Shown here one piece after another: positions 12,475-24,902 of a stretch of DNA of 64,000 nucleotides. Position 1 is the stretch's first letter; every line of letters starts with the position of its first letter. The notes beneath the pieces were generated by a model, which made no database searches, was not told where the DNA came from, and worked only from the letters and a program-made list of their open reading frames with translations. The position numbers and the translations under genes were made by a program. The DNA is from Mobula hypostoma (lineage: Eukaryota), in NCBI RefSeq assembly GCF_963921235.1, contig NC_086097.1:220102001-220166000 (forward strand), given 5' to 3'.

Positions 12475-13015
12475 ACCTGAAGGGAAAAAGCCTGCATGCA
12501 TTGACCTTACCTCTCATAAATTTGTATCTCTCTGTAAAATCTCCCCTCATTTTCATGCCCTCCGGGGAGCAATGGACAAGCCTATTCAATCTTTCCCTAT
12601 AACTCAGGTCTTTAAGTCATGGCAACCTCCTCGTAAATTTTCTCTGCACTCTTTAAAATTTGTTAGTACTTTTCCTGTGGGTAGACAGCCAGAATTGTAC
12701 ACAATACTTTAAATTTGACCTCATACATGTCTTATAAAACTTTGATATAACATTCGAATTCCTGTACTCTGTGTCCTGACTTATGATGGCCAAAGCGCCA
12801 AAAGCTCCCTTTATGACCCTGTCTCCTGTGATTCCACTTTCAAGGACTTATGGATCTGTATTTCCAAATCCCTTTGTTCTATGACACACCTCAGAGACCT
12901 ACCATTCACTGTGTAAGTATTACCCTGGTTTATCCTGCAAAGTGCAACACTCATACTTGTCTGCATTAAATTCCATCTGCCATTTTGCAGCCCATTTTTC
13001 TAATTGGTCAAGATC
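12475..13015 (-). mobile_element. Degenerate CR1 ORF2 3' part
   Basis: Reverse complement resembles WQMEFNADKYECCTL and RSNLKYCVQFWL (CR1 RPHLEYCVQFWSP). Confidence 0.75.
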
Positions 13016-13171
13016 TGATTAAAGATTATTTGTTGTAACAACCATAGCTAACCTTAAGTTGCATTTAATCACACCCACTGGCAGGGTACTGAAAACCTGT
13101 GCCAACCAACTGGCTGGAATACTCAAGGACATCTTCAACCTTTCATTCCTGCAGTCGGAAGTTCCCACTAG

Positions 13172-15432
13172 CAATAGACAACAGACAATAGGTGCAAGAG
13201 TAGACCATTCGGCCCTTCGAGCCAGCACTGCCATTCACTGTGATCATGGCTGATCATCCACAATCAGTATCCAGTTCCTGCCTTATCCCCATAACCTTTG
13301 ATTCTGCTATCTTTAAGAGCTCTATCCATCTCTTTCTTGAAAGCATCCAGAGACTTGGCCTCCACAGCCTTCTGGGGCAGAGCATTCTATATATCCACCA
13401 CTCTCTGGGTGAAAAAGTTTTTCCTCAACTCCGTTCTAAATGGCCTACCCCTTATTCTTAAACTGTGGTCTCTGGTTCTGGACTCACCCATCAGCAGGAA
13501 CATGCTTCCTGCCTGCAGCGTGTCCAATCCCTTAATAATCTTATATGTTTCAATAAGATCCCCCACTCAGCCTTCTAAATTCCAGAGTATACAAGCCCAG
13601 TCGCTCCAATCTTTCGATATATGACAGTCCTGCCATCCCGGGAATTAACCTCGTGAACCTACGCTGCACTCCCTCAATAGCAAGAATGTCCTTCCTCAAA
13701 TTTGGAGACCAAAACTGCACACAGTACTCCAGGTGTGGTCTCACCAGGGCCCTGTACAGCTGCAGAAGGACCTCTCTGCTCTTCTACTCAATTCCCCTTG
13801 TTATGAAGGCCAGCATACCATTAGCTTTCTTCACTGCCTGCTGTACTTGCATGCTTGCTTTCAGTGACTGATGTACAAGAACACCTAGATCTCGTTGTAC
13901 TTCCCCTTTTCCTAACTTGACTCCATTTAGATAACAATCTGCCTTCCTGTTCTTACCACCAAAGTGGATAACCTCACACTTATCCACATTAAACTGCATC
14001 TGCCATGAATCTGCCCACTCACCCAGCCTGTCCAAGTCACCCTGCATTCTCATAACATCCTCCTCACATTTCACACTGCCACCCAGCTTTGTGTCATCGG
14101 CAAATTTGCTAATGTTACTTTTAATTCCCTCATCTAAATCATTAATATATATTGTAAACAGCTGCGGTCCCAGCACTGAACCCTGTGGTACCCCACTGGT
14201 CACCGCCTGCCATTCTGAAAGGGACCCGTTAATCACTACTCTTTGTTTTCTGTCAGCCAGCCAATTTTCAATCCATGTCAGTACTCTGCCCCCAATACCA
14301 TGTGCCCTAATTTTGCCCACTAATCTCCTATGTGGGACTTTAGCAAAGGCTTTCTGAAAGTCCAGGTACACTACATCCACTGGCTCTCCCTTGTCCATTT
14401 TCATAGTTACATCCTCAAAAAATTCCAGAAGATTAGTCAAGCACGATTTCCCCTTCCTAAATCCATGCTGACTTGGACCGATCCTGTTACTGCTATCCAG
14501 ATGTGTCGTAATTTCATCTTTTATAATTGACTCCAGCATCTTTCCCACCACCGACGTCAGGCTAACCGGTCTATAATTCCCTGCTTTCTCTCTTCCTCCC
14601 TTCTTGAAGAGAGGGACAACATTAGCCACCCTCCAATCCACAGGAACTGATCCTGAATCTATAGAACATTGGAAAATGATTACCAATGCGTCCACGATTT
14701 CTAAAGTCACCTCCTTAAGTACACTGGGATGCAGACCATCAGGTCCCGGGGACTTATCAGCCTTCAGACCCAACAGTCTATCCAACACCATTTCCTGCCT
14801 AATATAAATTTCCTTCAGTTCATCCATTACCCTAGGTCCTTTGGCCACTATTACATCTGGGAGATTGTTTGTGTCTTCCCTAGTGAAGACAAATCCAAAG
14901 TACCTGCTCAACTCGTCTGCCATTTCCTTGTTTCCCATAATAAATTCACCCGTTTCTGTCTTCAAGGGCCCAATTTTGGTCTCAACTATTTTTTTCCTTT
15001 CACATACCTAAAGAAGCTTTTACTATCCTCCTTTATATTCTTGGCTAGTTTACCTTCGTACCTCATTCTTTCTCCGCGTATTGACTTTTTAGTTACTTTC
15101 TGTTGCTCTTTAAAAGTCTCCCAATCTTCCGGCTTCCCACTCGCCTTTGATATGTTATACTTCTTCTCTTTTATTTTTATACTGTCCATTACTTCCCTTG
15201 TCAGCCACGGCCCCCCCCCCTTACTCCCCTTAGGCTCTTTCTGCCTCTTTGGAATAAACTGATCCTGCACCTTCCGCATTATTCCCAGAAACACTTGCCA
15301 TTGCTGTTCCACTGTCATCCCTGCTAGGGTATTGTTCCATTGAACTTTGGCCAGCTCCTCCCTCATAGCACCATAGTCCCCTTTGTTCAACTGTAATACT
15401 GACACTTCCGAGTTTCCCTTCTCCCTCTCAAA
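13172..15432 (-). mobile_element. Young 5'-truncated CR1 LINE with (CTATTGT)n-type tail
   Basis: 393-aa uninterrupted RT ORF 13784-14965 (KSPGPDG, NYRPVSLTS, YLDFQKAF, GVPQGSVLGP, KFADDTK); only a few stops or frameshifts. Confidence 0.95.
13784..14965 (-). pseudogene. CR1 reverse transcriptase domain (open segment of truncated ORF2)
   Basis: ORF track 393 aa with complete RT motifs; no endonuclease; ends at a premature TAG (IE* in place of IEY). Confidence 0.9.
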
Positions 15433-18256
15433 TAGCTTCAAAAGGGCATCAGTCTTACCGGTGCCCAAGAAGAGGAGGGTGAGCTACTTCAATGACTATC
15501 GCCCAATCACACTCAGATTTACTATGATGAATTGCTTTGAGAGGTTGGTGATAGGCAGAATTAACTATTGCCTCAGCAAGGACCTGAATCCACTGCATTT
15601 TGCCTACTAGAAAAATAGGTCTACAGCAGATGCCATCTCACAGACTCTCCTCTGGGCTTTGGACCACCTGAACAACAGCAATACATCATGTCATGCTGTT
15701 GTTTATCAATTACAGCTTGGCATTCAACAGCATCATCCCCTCAGAACCAATCAACAAGCATAAAAACCTGGACCTTTATACCTCCCTCTGCAACGGAATC
15801 CTCGACTTCCTCATCAGGAGATCGGAGTCAGTACAGATTAGTATTAAAATCTCTTCCTCCTGAAAGAAGCAACACAGCCATGCCTTAACCCCACTGCTCT
15901 ACTTCCTCTACACTCATGACCGTGTGGCTAGGTACCACCCAAACACCATCTATAAATTGACCGGTAACACCACTGCTGTTTGGAGAACCTCAGAGGAGGC
16001 GTATAGCAGTGAGATAGATCAGCTGGTCAAGTGGTGTTGCAACAATAACCTCACACTCAACATCAGCAAGACCATGGAATCAGTTGTGGACTTTAGGAAG
16101 AGGAAGTTAGCAGCTTCAATTTCCTTGGTGTCAACATCTCAGAGGACGCATCCTAGGCCCTTCATATTGATGCTACCTTGATGAAGGCATGCCAGCAGCT
16201 ACACTTCATTTGGAGTTTGGGAAGATTTGGTATGTCATGATAGACTTGAGCAAATTTCTACAAATTTCAAATGTAAAGAGCACTCGGACTGGTTGCATCA
16301 TTGTCTGACAGGGAGGCACCAACGCACTGGATCATAGGAGGCTTCAGAGGATTGTAGATTCAGTCAGCTCCGCCATCAGCACAGGCCTCCCCACTATCAA
16401 CGACATCTTCCAAAGGCGGTGTCTCAAGAAGGTGGCATCCATCACTAAATACCCTCACCACCTAGGTCATGCCCTCTTCTCATTAGGGAGGAGGTGAAGG
16501 AGCTTGAAGACTCAATCTCAATGATTTAGGAACAGTTTCTTCTCTTCTGCCATGGTCCATGAACCGTACCTCACTATACCACTTCTGCACTCGTTATTTT
16601 TATTGTAACTTACGTAATTTATTGTAATTTTTATATTAACTTGTCATGCCTGCACTGTAGTGCTGTCAAAAAGTAACAAATTTCATGATTTATGTCAGTA
16701 TCAATAAAACTGAATCTGATTCATTTTTTATGCTGAAATGGGTTTGAAATAAGAAGCATTCCAACATTTTCCATCAAAAATGCATAAAACGCTAAGACAC
16801 GATTTTCAATTAATCAGACCCACTTTGCAAAAATTTTTGTTTCTGTTTATGTGAATAATGTTCTACTTCTTCCAATTTACATTCTCTTGACAATAATGGT
16901 AGAGAAGAAATAAATCCAACTAAGAGAAATGCTTTAGGTATTTTTGAAACCACCTAACATGTTCTTCTCAAATTTTCACACATCCTATAAACATAAGCCG
17001 AGGACTATCTTTGAAAAATCACAGGAAAGATAAATTCAGTAATTTACCCAGACTTCAGGAAATATAAACAGCTACAAAGCCACATCAAGCACATGGGAAC
17101 AAGTGCGAAGCGGCAAATGACAAAGGTAACCAACGATGGTTTGATGTAGAAGCACAGAGGACAAAACTAAATCCATTAAATTAAAAATTAAACACCGCCT
17201 TGACATCAGTGGTTAGAACCAATTTGGAAAAAGGTTTGTAGTTGATTCTCAAGTATTTTTCACCAAACAGCACAGCTGTAGGAGAAGCATCAGCAGCATC
17301 TGTATCTCAAGTGGAAGAGGACACAATGAAGCTATTCAGAACAAAACCCAGCTGAGAATTATATCAGTACTTTGGCCAAGATTCCAGCATAACCTAAATA
17401 TCATGACGTAAAATCCATCTTTCTTCTTTCCAGAAAAGCATAGAGCAAATTCTAATTGATGTACGAGTAATCATAAGAAAAAAATTAAATTTATAAACCA
17501 ATTTTCACAGTCTTCACATCAGCTAACTTACTCTGAGCATGCTCCTGAAATGACAATGAGATGATGACTTAAGAGTCTATTTTAGAGATGTTGGTCATGA
17601 GATAAATAATGGCCAGGAGATTAGGGTTCATTTCACTGCTCTTCTTTGAATAATGATCTGGGATAATAATTGCTCAATCTCAGACTTCTTTCAACATGGA
17701 ACATTGATAACATCGACTCTTATCAATTTGTCCTTATAGTTGGACCAAAAGACTGCAACTTCTGGAAAATCAAAGTGGAAGGAGAAAATACTGGCAGCAA
17801 TTAGCAGGTCAGGCAGTATCTGTGAGGACAGATGTCAAGAACCCTCCATGAGAACTAAAAAACTGAATGAACAAGACTTTCAAGTTGCAGACCAGGCAAA
17901 AATGTAGGGATTATCTGTGACAGAGCACAAACCAAGGCTAGCAAGACAACAATTATTTTTAAAACCAGCAGTTGGTGCCAGAAAAGAATAAAAAACTAAT
18001 TGAATCACAAAGGAACAACCACATCCATGGAGAGGGAAAGGGAAAAAACTTACCTGAAACCGTTAATATTAAGACCCCCAGGTCTGCAATGAAAGATGAG
18101 GTGCTTTGTCTCAAGTTTACATTGGGCATCTCTGGAGCAATGCAAGATGCTGGAGACAGAGTTCCCAGAGGGAGAGCAGTAGGAGAATTAATGTAACACA
18201 TGCAAAATGCTGGAGGAACTCAGCAGGTCAGGCTGCATCTATGGAAATTAATAAGG

Positions 18257-18292
18257 AGTCGACATTTCGAGCCGAGGCCCTTCTTCAGGTCT
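18257..18292 (-). ncRNA. Minimal hammerhead motif, core intact but stem I mismatched
   Basis: Minus: agac CTGAAGA agggcctcggctc GAAA tg TC gact. Confidence 0.6.
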
Positions 18293-18472
18293 GAGCAGGA
18301 ATAGGGAAGATGGCAGAATAAAAAGTTGGGTGGAGGGGAAGGAGGCTAACTGGAAGGTGATAGGTGAAGTCAGGTGGATGGGAAAGGTCAATGGCTGGAG
18401 AAAAAGGAATCTGATAGGAGAGAAGAGTGGACCATAGGAGGAAGGGAAGGAGGAAGGGACCCGGGGGAGGTT

Positions 18473-18613
18473 ATAGGCAGGTGAGAGAGGCAAAACGTCA
18501 GAGTAGGAAATAGGCAGGTGAGAGAGGTAAAACATCAGAGTAGGAAATAGGCAGGGGAGAAAGGTAAAACATCATAGGCAAGGGAGAGAGGTAAAACGTC
18601 AGAGTAGGAAATA
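18473..18613. repeat. ~37-bp tandem repeat, about 4 copies (one shortened), in Penelope UTR
   Basis: ATAGGCAGGTGAGAGAGGTAAAAC(G/A)TCAGAGTAGGAA repeated. Confidence 0.85.
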
Positions 18614-20423
18614 GAGAAAGATGGGGGGGGTGGTTTAATTGTTTATCAGAATAAGAAATCGATATTCAGACCATCAGTTTGAAGGCTACCCAGGCGGAAT
18701 ATAAGATGCTGCTCCTCCACCCTGAGGGTGGCCCCCTCTTGGCACAAGAGGAGACCATGAACAAAACGTCAGAATGGGAATGGGAATCGGAATGAAATTG
18801 TTTAGCATTTAATGTGATAACGACTAGAAACCCAGTATTGCCCTTGCCGATTGAATGAAGGTGTTCTGTAATTCAGCTACCCAATCTGATGATAAGGCAT
18901 TCTACACAATTGGTTTCTGATGTCCTCTCATAATAGATATTCCATTTACTCGCTCTGCCGTCCCTTCTATTCAATTTAACACATGGTAGCTTATCCACTT
19001 TTAAAATTTCTAATTAAGAGCTCAACACAAAATAGCAACTCTATAACTAAGTGTACCTAGTATTTACTGTTTCTGTAGTAGGTACAGTTAATACTCATGC
19101 TATCTAGTTATGTTGAGATAACTATGCAAAGTTAAGGACAGGCTGGCAGAGTATCACCACTCTCTTCACAAGCATAATCTTCACCAACTGAACAACAACA
19201 ATCCCGGGCACATTGCTTAGCAAGTCCACTCAATAATTGATTTATGTGTCTGAAACAAACTACTTATTGTCTCAATTTACAAATAGGCTTTGTTCTCTCC
19301 TCCGAGTACATTTGGTACTTGTGTTCTATTTCAGAAGTGTGCTTTTCACTTCTTTGAAGTAATCTCTTATGTAAGATAATATTCAAAGACAACATGGAAA
19401 AGAGCAGTGACTCTGGATTACAAACTGCTCTGACCTTGCATTACACTAGATAAAGTTGGGGTAACCAGAAAAACCAGGAGGAATGTCCTCACGCTTCTGG
19501 CACCATTGCTTTAAGTGTGACTGCATTCAGAGCTGATAAAGAATGCGCAAGTACAAAAGACAGTAACAAATTTGTATCCCACACTTGGAAAGTATTCAGT
19601 TCAAGTTCACAAGTGACTTATTTCAACTAATCTGATGTTGGGATGCCAAACTAATAACAATGACAAAAGGCTGGAATAGCTGTTTTATTAACCCAAACGG
19701 AGCTCTTAACTGGTAAATTCCCCTTTTGAGATGAATCTCCTCTAACATGGTTTAAAGGGGATCTTGTGAATTCTGCAAAAATTACAACAGGGGGAGACCA
19801 AACATGAATTTGTCTTTATTCTCTGAATCAGGCAACACTGTTATCCAGCTCAGCACGTCAAGGGAACCAGCCTCCTCTTTTTGGATTCATGTCTGTACTT
19901 CTCACTGCCTCGGTTAAGAAGCCAGCATAATCAAAGACCCAACTCACCCCATACATTCTCTCTTCTTCCCTCTTCCATTGATCAGAAAGTTAAAAAGAAA
20001 CTTAAAGTATGTACCACCTGCAATGATTTGATCAGTATTAATGGTATGCGGGGTTTCAGCCCAAAATGCTGACAACTCCTTACCTTTCACAGACGCTGCT
20101 CGATCTGCTAAATTCCTCCAGCAGATCATTTATTGCTATTAAACTAGCTGTTTGTTCTGGTGTTATTGGAAGTAGCAATCAAAGAACATTAATTAGAGAT
20201 AGAACATAAAATGTTCAGGTCAAACTGAAGAAAAAGTAAGAATTCAGGTCTTTATTAATATTGCTGTGTGGGAAATTTTAATCTTCACAACATGTGCTGC
20301 ATCTATTGGATTAATTATAAAATATGTAAATCTTATATACAATCTGCCTTGAGTAGAACTAAATTGAGTAGAACATTTTAAATATGACCAATTTAAGAAT
20401 CTCTAAGAGCCCACTTGTCCGGC

Positions 20424-20446
20424 AGGGTTAGGGTTAGGGTTAGGGT
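20424..20446 (+). repeat. Short interstitial telomeric repeat AGGG(TTAGGG)3
   Basis: AGGGTTAGGGTTAGGGTTAGGGT read directly. Confidence 0.9.
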
Positions 20447-21264
20447 GAGTAGATGGGCTTTTGTTTCCGATCTTTTTAAATTTGGTACTGAGAAACCAGA
20501 TATCACAACACTCGGAGAACTTGGCAATAGAAAGGAGGGTGATAAAGATCCTCAGTGGGTGTCCTTCAGAAAAGGCCTCATTGTGTGCATCAAGAAAACA
20601 ATGAAGATGGGACTTATCATTTGATTTGCCACTCACAATCACGAGCCGACTGATACTTTGACACTTTGTGAACTGCAGCTTATATCTATAAGTATATAAA
20701 GGGCAAATGTAGAGGAGTACATGATTCCAGTGAGCTGAAAGATAAGATAATTCACAACATCTTCAAAGCACTCAGGTGAGGACTTTCATTTCAAATGTTT
20801 GGAATGATGATTTGGTTTGGTGTCCACTTCATCAGTGTCGTTAAATATGTGAAAGGAAAGAACTTGCAGGCTGGGTGTGGGGCGATCTATATCATTCTTA
20901 CATATACTCACAGGCCAATGGCCTCCTTTTGTGCTGTACCAATTCTGTGATTCTGTCAGTGATATGATCCATGAAACCCCAGGAAAATCAGCAACCTCAG
21001 GAAGGCTGGGCAGGAAGGAAACTAAGATGTCACTGGATGCTTGTAACACTGTGAGTCCACTTTCCACTGATATTTCCTAATGTTGTCAAGAGGGAAGTCC
21101 AGCAGAGAAACTCACATTGATGGCATTCTCGCTTGAGCTGTGGCAGTGATTATAGTGAAGATTCCTCCATAGGACTGGATTGACTGACAATCAACACTTG
21201 CTTCTTTATTATTTTTTTTAATGTTATTTATTATTATTGTTTTTTCTCTGCTAGATTATGTATC

Positions 21265-21608
21265 ATAATCTCAGAGAGTGGTAGCTGTGTGGAACGAGCT
21301 TCCAGCAGAAGTGGTTGAGGCAGGTTCGATGTTGTCATTTATAGTTAAATTGGACAGCTATATGGACAGGAAAGGAATGGAGGGTTATGGGCTGAGTGCA
21401 GATCGGTGGGACTAGGTGAGAGTAAAAGTCCGGCACAAACTAGAAGGGCCGAGATGGCCTGTTTCGGTGCTGTAATTAGAAACCATAGAAAAACTACAGC
21501 ACAGAAACAGGCCTTTTGGCCCTTCTTGGCTGTGCCGAACCATTTTCTGCCTAGTCCCACTGACCTGCACACGGACCATATCCCAGTTGTTATATGGGTA
21601 TATGGTAT
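21265..21608. mobile_element. Two CR1 3' ends in opposite orientation (minus copy ~21478-21584 inside the tail of a plus copy), within a Rex-type tail
   Basis: GGCCTGTTTCGGTGCTGTA faces TACAGCACAGAAACAGGCC; GTGGGACTAGG faces CCTAGTCCCAC. Confidence 0.75.
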
Positions 21609-21744
21609 TGCATTGAACTGCTGCTACAAAGTTAACAAATTTCACGTCACATGCCAGTGATAATAAACCTGATTCTGAATCAATGAGAAGTTCCGCAGAG
21701 ACTAATTTAACTCTTAAAGACCTACAACCAAGGCAATAATTAAG

Positions 21745-22541
21745 GATGTGATGGATTACCTTCCAATTACATCAAAGAATGGTCTCCAGAAACACTCAAC
21801 AATTTGTACACTGTCCCAGGAAAAGTATCCCACTTGAATGACTCCCCATTCACAACCCCAAATATTCACTCGGCTCCACCAGTGAACAGGACTGCAGGAT
21901 ATACCATTTGCAAAATACATCGCTGGATCTTGTAAGACTTGCTCAAACTACCCAAATTTACCAACTCTACCACCAGAAGATGTAGAAAGTGGTAAATGAA
22001 GACAATGTCACCTATACATCACATTCAAAACTACTTATCACACTAACTAGGAAATCACTGTTCATTTTCAAAACCTAGATCTCACTACCAAATTCCTGCT
22101 CTTAAGGACAGTAATCAGGAGTGGCAAACCAGTAGCACGTGCAAAATTGTGTTGACTCACATCATGCAGAGTCACCCCTCATTTCTAACAATACTATTTA
22201 GAAATGATGTTATTATTAGTTGCCTTTTTAATAGATTAATATTAATCATTTAACAAGTTTTCTAAAATGCTTCATTTATTTCAATATGTCTCTGCTATAT
22301 TTTATTAATATTAAAACAATGAATAAACATACATAAGCAACAGGGCTCACCCTTTTTCCTTAAAAATGCCTGTAATTGTTGTTACTAATTCAGTACCTGA
22401 TGAGAATTATCCTAGCATGCAGGAGTATTTTTAGAAGATTGTCAACCATTTGGACACACCTCCTCAAAAAGGTTCACCACCCCTGACAGTGATAGTTCAA
22501 GAAGGTAACATCTGTCCTGTTCAAGAGATGGGCAATAAATG
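21745..22541 (+). mobile_element. Old CR1/L2-group LINE 3' remnant interrupted by a hAT MITE
   Basis: Degenerate match to a recalled elasmobranch LINE end (GTGATGGA..TAC, AAACACTCAA.., terminal GATGGGCAATAAATG). Confidence 0.45.
22116..22485. mobile_element. hAT-family MITE (370 bp)
   Basis: TIRs CAGGAGTGGCAAACC / GGTTCACCACCCCTG; 8-bp TSD ACAGTAAT (22108-22115) / ACAGTGAT (22486-22493). Confidence 0.75.
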
Positions 22542-22544
22542 AAA

Positions 22545-22832
22545 GTCTGTGAGTCTACTGAGGCTCACGTCTGTGAGTTTGTGAATCCAATGAACGCTGG
22601 AGGCTCGGTCTATACTGGGGTTGAAGGACTAACTGTTTCTGTGAGTGGGTGGACGGAAGTGAGGAAAGGAGCTTACTTTGCTGTTGCTGCCTGGCTGATG
22701 TTCTGCTGACAATGACGGGCAGCAACACTTGCGGGCTGCCCCCAGCACAGCCTTCGATGTATTGGTTTTTAACACAAATGACACATTTCACTTAATGTTT
22801 CAACGTCAACGTGATCAATAAATCTGAATCTT
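22545..22832 (+). mobile_element. Non-autonomous retroposon with Rex-type tail
   Basis: Ends ACATTTCAC...GTTTCAACGTCAACGTGATCAATAAATCTGAATCT, a tail type shared with Rex elements here. Confidence 0.5.
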
Positions 22833-22914
22833 GATGCTGCAATCATAATTTCCACATCCTCTAAATGAATTTTAATCAAAGTTGATGCTGTTAACACATA
22901 GATTAATTCCAATC

Positions 22915-23130
22915 TTGTAAAATCTGAAAATAAAAATAAGACTCAGCAGATCAGGCAACATCTGTGAAAGAGAAATAGGGTTAATACTTCAAGTCAAAGA
23001 ATGCTTTGCACGAAGGTACTTCAAGCTGAATGATTGAATCTGTTTCTCTTTCTATAGATGCTACCTGATCTGCTGTGTGATTACAGCATTTTCTGTTTTC
23101 AGCTCAGGATTCCAGCAATTGCAATCTTTT
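22915..23130. mobile_element. Fold-back of two inverted Penelope termini
   Basis: CAGCAGATCAGGCAACATCTGTGAAAGAGAAA pairs with TTTCTCTTTCTATAGATGCTACCTGATCTGCTG. Confidence 0.7.
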
Positions 23131-23482
23131 TTTCCATGAACTAATAAAGTAGAAAATGGTTTTACAGTGCTCCACAGCCCACTCCATCTCCTATGTTGGT
23201 AATTTGATGTTTCTACCCGTTCCTTTCCTTCATTCATTTATATCCCCAGCAATGCCATTTCATCTTTCAATGGCTGGCATCATTCCCGATGTCCCTAAGC
23301 CCTTGAGCATTGACTGTAAGCTAATACCTTCTCTGAGAAGCTCTAACATAATGAGGTGTAAAATTATAGGCATCATCCTGTAACACCACGCAGGAAAGGA
23401 TGATATCACAAGGTTAAGTCATCTTCTTCCAGCTGACTTTGCAGAAATAGATATTTTTACTTACTGAACCTGGTGTACATAC

Positions 23483-23536
23483 CTCAAAATATAACTCCAA
23501 TTTGTGAAAAGATTCCTCCAAATCAATTTTATAATT
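23483..23536 (-). CDS. Candidate 54-nt phase 0/0 exon of an unidentified host gene
   Basis: Acceptor TTTTGATTCTCTCCTTTAAG, donor GAG|GTATGT (second GTAAGT 19 nt downstream); encodes NYKIDLEESFHKLELYFE; unique sequence context. Confidence 0.35.
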
Positions 23537-23869
23537 CTTAAAGGAGAGAATCAAAAGCTTCAAATTGCTTAGTAGTGAACCCTTACTGTCCGACAGGAAT
23601 GTATCAGAATAATTAGGAATTTACAGTCATTGAAAACGAAAAAATCTGCTGTTGCTACAACAGGTGTCTAATCCACAATCACAAAGTTTTTCTCTGCCGT
23701 GTGAAGCGAGCCATCAAAAAGTTCAGATCTGATGGAGGACATAAAATTGTTACACCAGATGTGCAGACCACATAAATTCACTATTACAAATGGCTCCATT
23801 TTTATAGCAAGTCTCCTGCCTCATCATAGTATTTTAAAATGGAAGTGTTGTCTTCTCAACGGCCTACGT

Positions 23870-24902
23870 TTCCTGTCCATTGTTGTTCTGTTGCTAATAT
23901 TTATAGACAAATCACTGTGACCATATTTGATCCGATATTGCTGGAGCCTGTGATCTGCAGTTTGGAGATTGTTTGGGTGATCCAGTGCTCTGCAGTCTCT
24001 GAGAGGATTCCAGGAGGCCGAGGCAGTGAGCCTTGTGGTGAGGAGACTGCAGGAGCTGATGCTTGACACCATTTTACTGATTAAAGCTTTCATTGTGCGT
24101 TGATTAAAGTGATGAGGGAGATTGAAACAGCAAGGTGAATGCTGGCTGCCTGCCTTTTGATCGCTGGTGGGATCACTCTGTGCTAGAGAGGGGAGACTGC
24201 CTTCTGATCACTGGTGGGATCGCTCTGCTACCAGAGAGGGGAGACTGCCTTCTGATCACTGGTGGGATCGCTCTGCTACCAGAGAGGGGAGACTGCTTTC
24301 TGATCACAGGTGGGATCGCTCTGCTACCAGAGAGGGGAGACTGCCTTCTGATCATTGGTGGGATCGCTCTGCTACCAGAGAGGGGAGACTGCTTTCTGAT
24401 CATTGGTGGGATCGCTCTGCTACCAGAGAGGGGAGACTGCTTTCTGATCACAGATGGGATCGCTCTGCTACCAGAGAGGGGAGACTGCCTTCTGAACGTT
24501 GGTGGGATCGCTCTGTGCCAGGGAGGGGAGACCGCCTTCTGATCACTGGTGGGATCGCTCTGCTGCGTGGCCTGCCACTGTGCTTGGAGAATGTTACCCT
24601 GGTTTCTCTGCATTTTGGTCATGGATATGAATATGGACTTGGACTATGAACTCTTTCCTCAATCTTATAGTTTTTTTATTTTCTGTGCTTTTCACCTGAA
24701 CTTTGTGCTTTTTTTGTACGGGGGAGGTGGATTTGGGGGTCAATGTGCCTGTTCCGTTTTGCTTGTTTTTTTTTGTGGGAGAGGTGGATTTGGGGGTTGA
24801 TGATAACGTTGCTGTTTTCTTTCTTGGTTTCATGACTAACTGGAGAAGAAGAATTTCAGAGTTGTATATTTAGATAATAAATGACACTTTGAAACCTTTG
24901 AA
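23870..24902 (+). mobile_element. Non-autonomous retroposon with (CTTTGAA)n tail carrying a minisatellite
   Basis: 3' end (TTTCTT..TTGGTTTCATG...AATAAATG..CTTTGAAACCTTTGAA) recurs inverted at 47005-47240; 5' boundary uncertain. Confidence 0.55.
24150..24564. repeat. 48-bp minisatellite, about 8.5 copies
   Basis: Unit GGTGGGATCGCTCTGCTACCAGAGAGGGGAGACTGCCTTCTGATCACT; gives 16-aa periodic ORFs. Confidence 0.95.

Larger units (their letters stand above)
13075..16722 (+). mobile_element. Rex1/Babar LINE interrupted by a young CR1
   Basis: GRVLKTCANQLAGILKDIFNLSFLQSEVPT (13080-13170) resumes as SFKRASVLPVPKK...NDYRPITL at about 15433; CTGAATCTGA tail near 16710. Confidence 0.85.
17760..18810 (-). 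mobile_element. Two tandem Penelope-derived 3' fragments (older 17760-18190, younger 18195-18810)
   Basis: ACACATGCAAAATGCTGGAGGAACTCAGCAGGTCAGGCTGCATCTATGG terminus; GIY-YIG C-terminal remnant at 18660-18790. Confidence 0.75.

Noticed and set aside
20637..20734. Minus-strand exon-like segment HWNHVLLYICPLYTYRYKLQFTKCQSISRLVI
   Set aside because: Weak exonic donor context and no recognisable homology
24135..24649. Periodic 135-160 aa ORFs as a repeat protein, or the array as CRISPR
   Set aside because: By-product of a 3n-length minisatellite; no spacers, no cas genes, eukaryotic context
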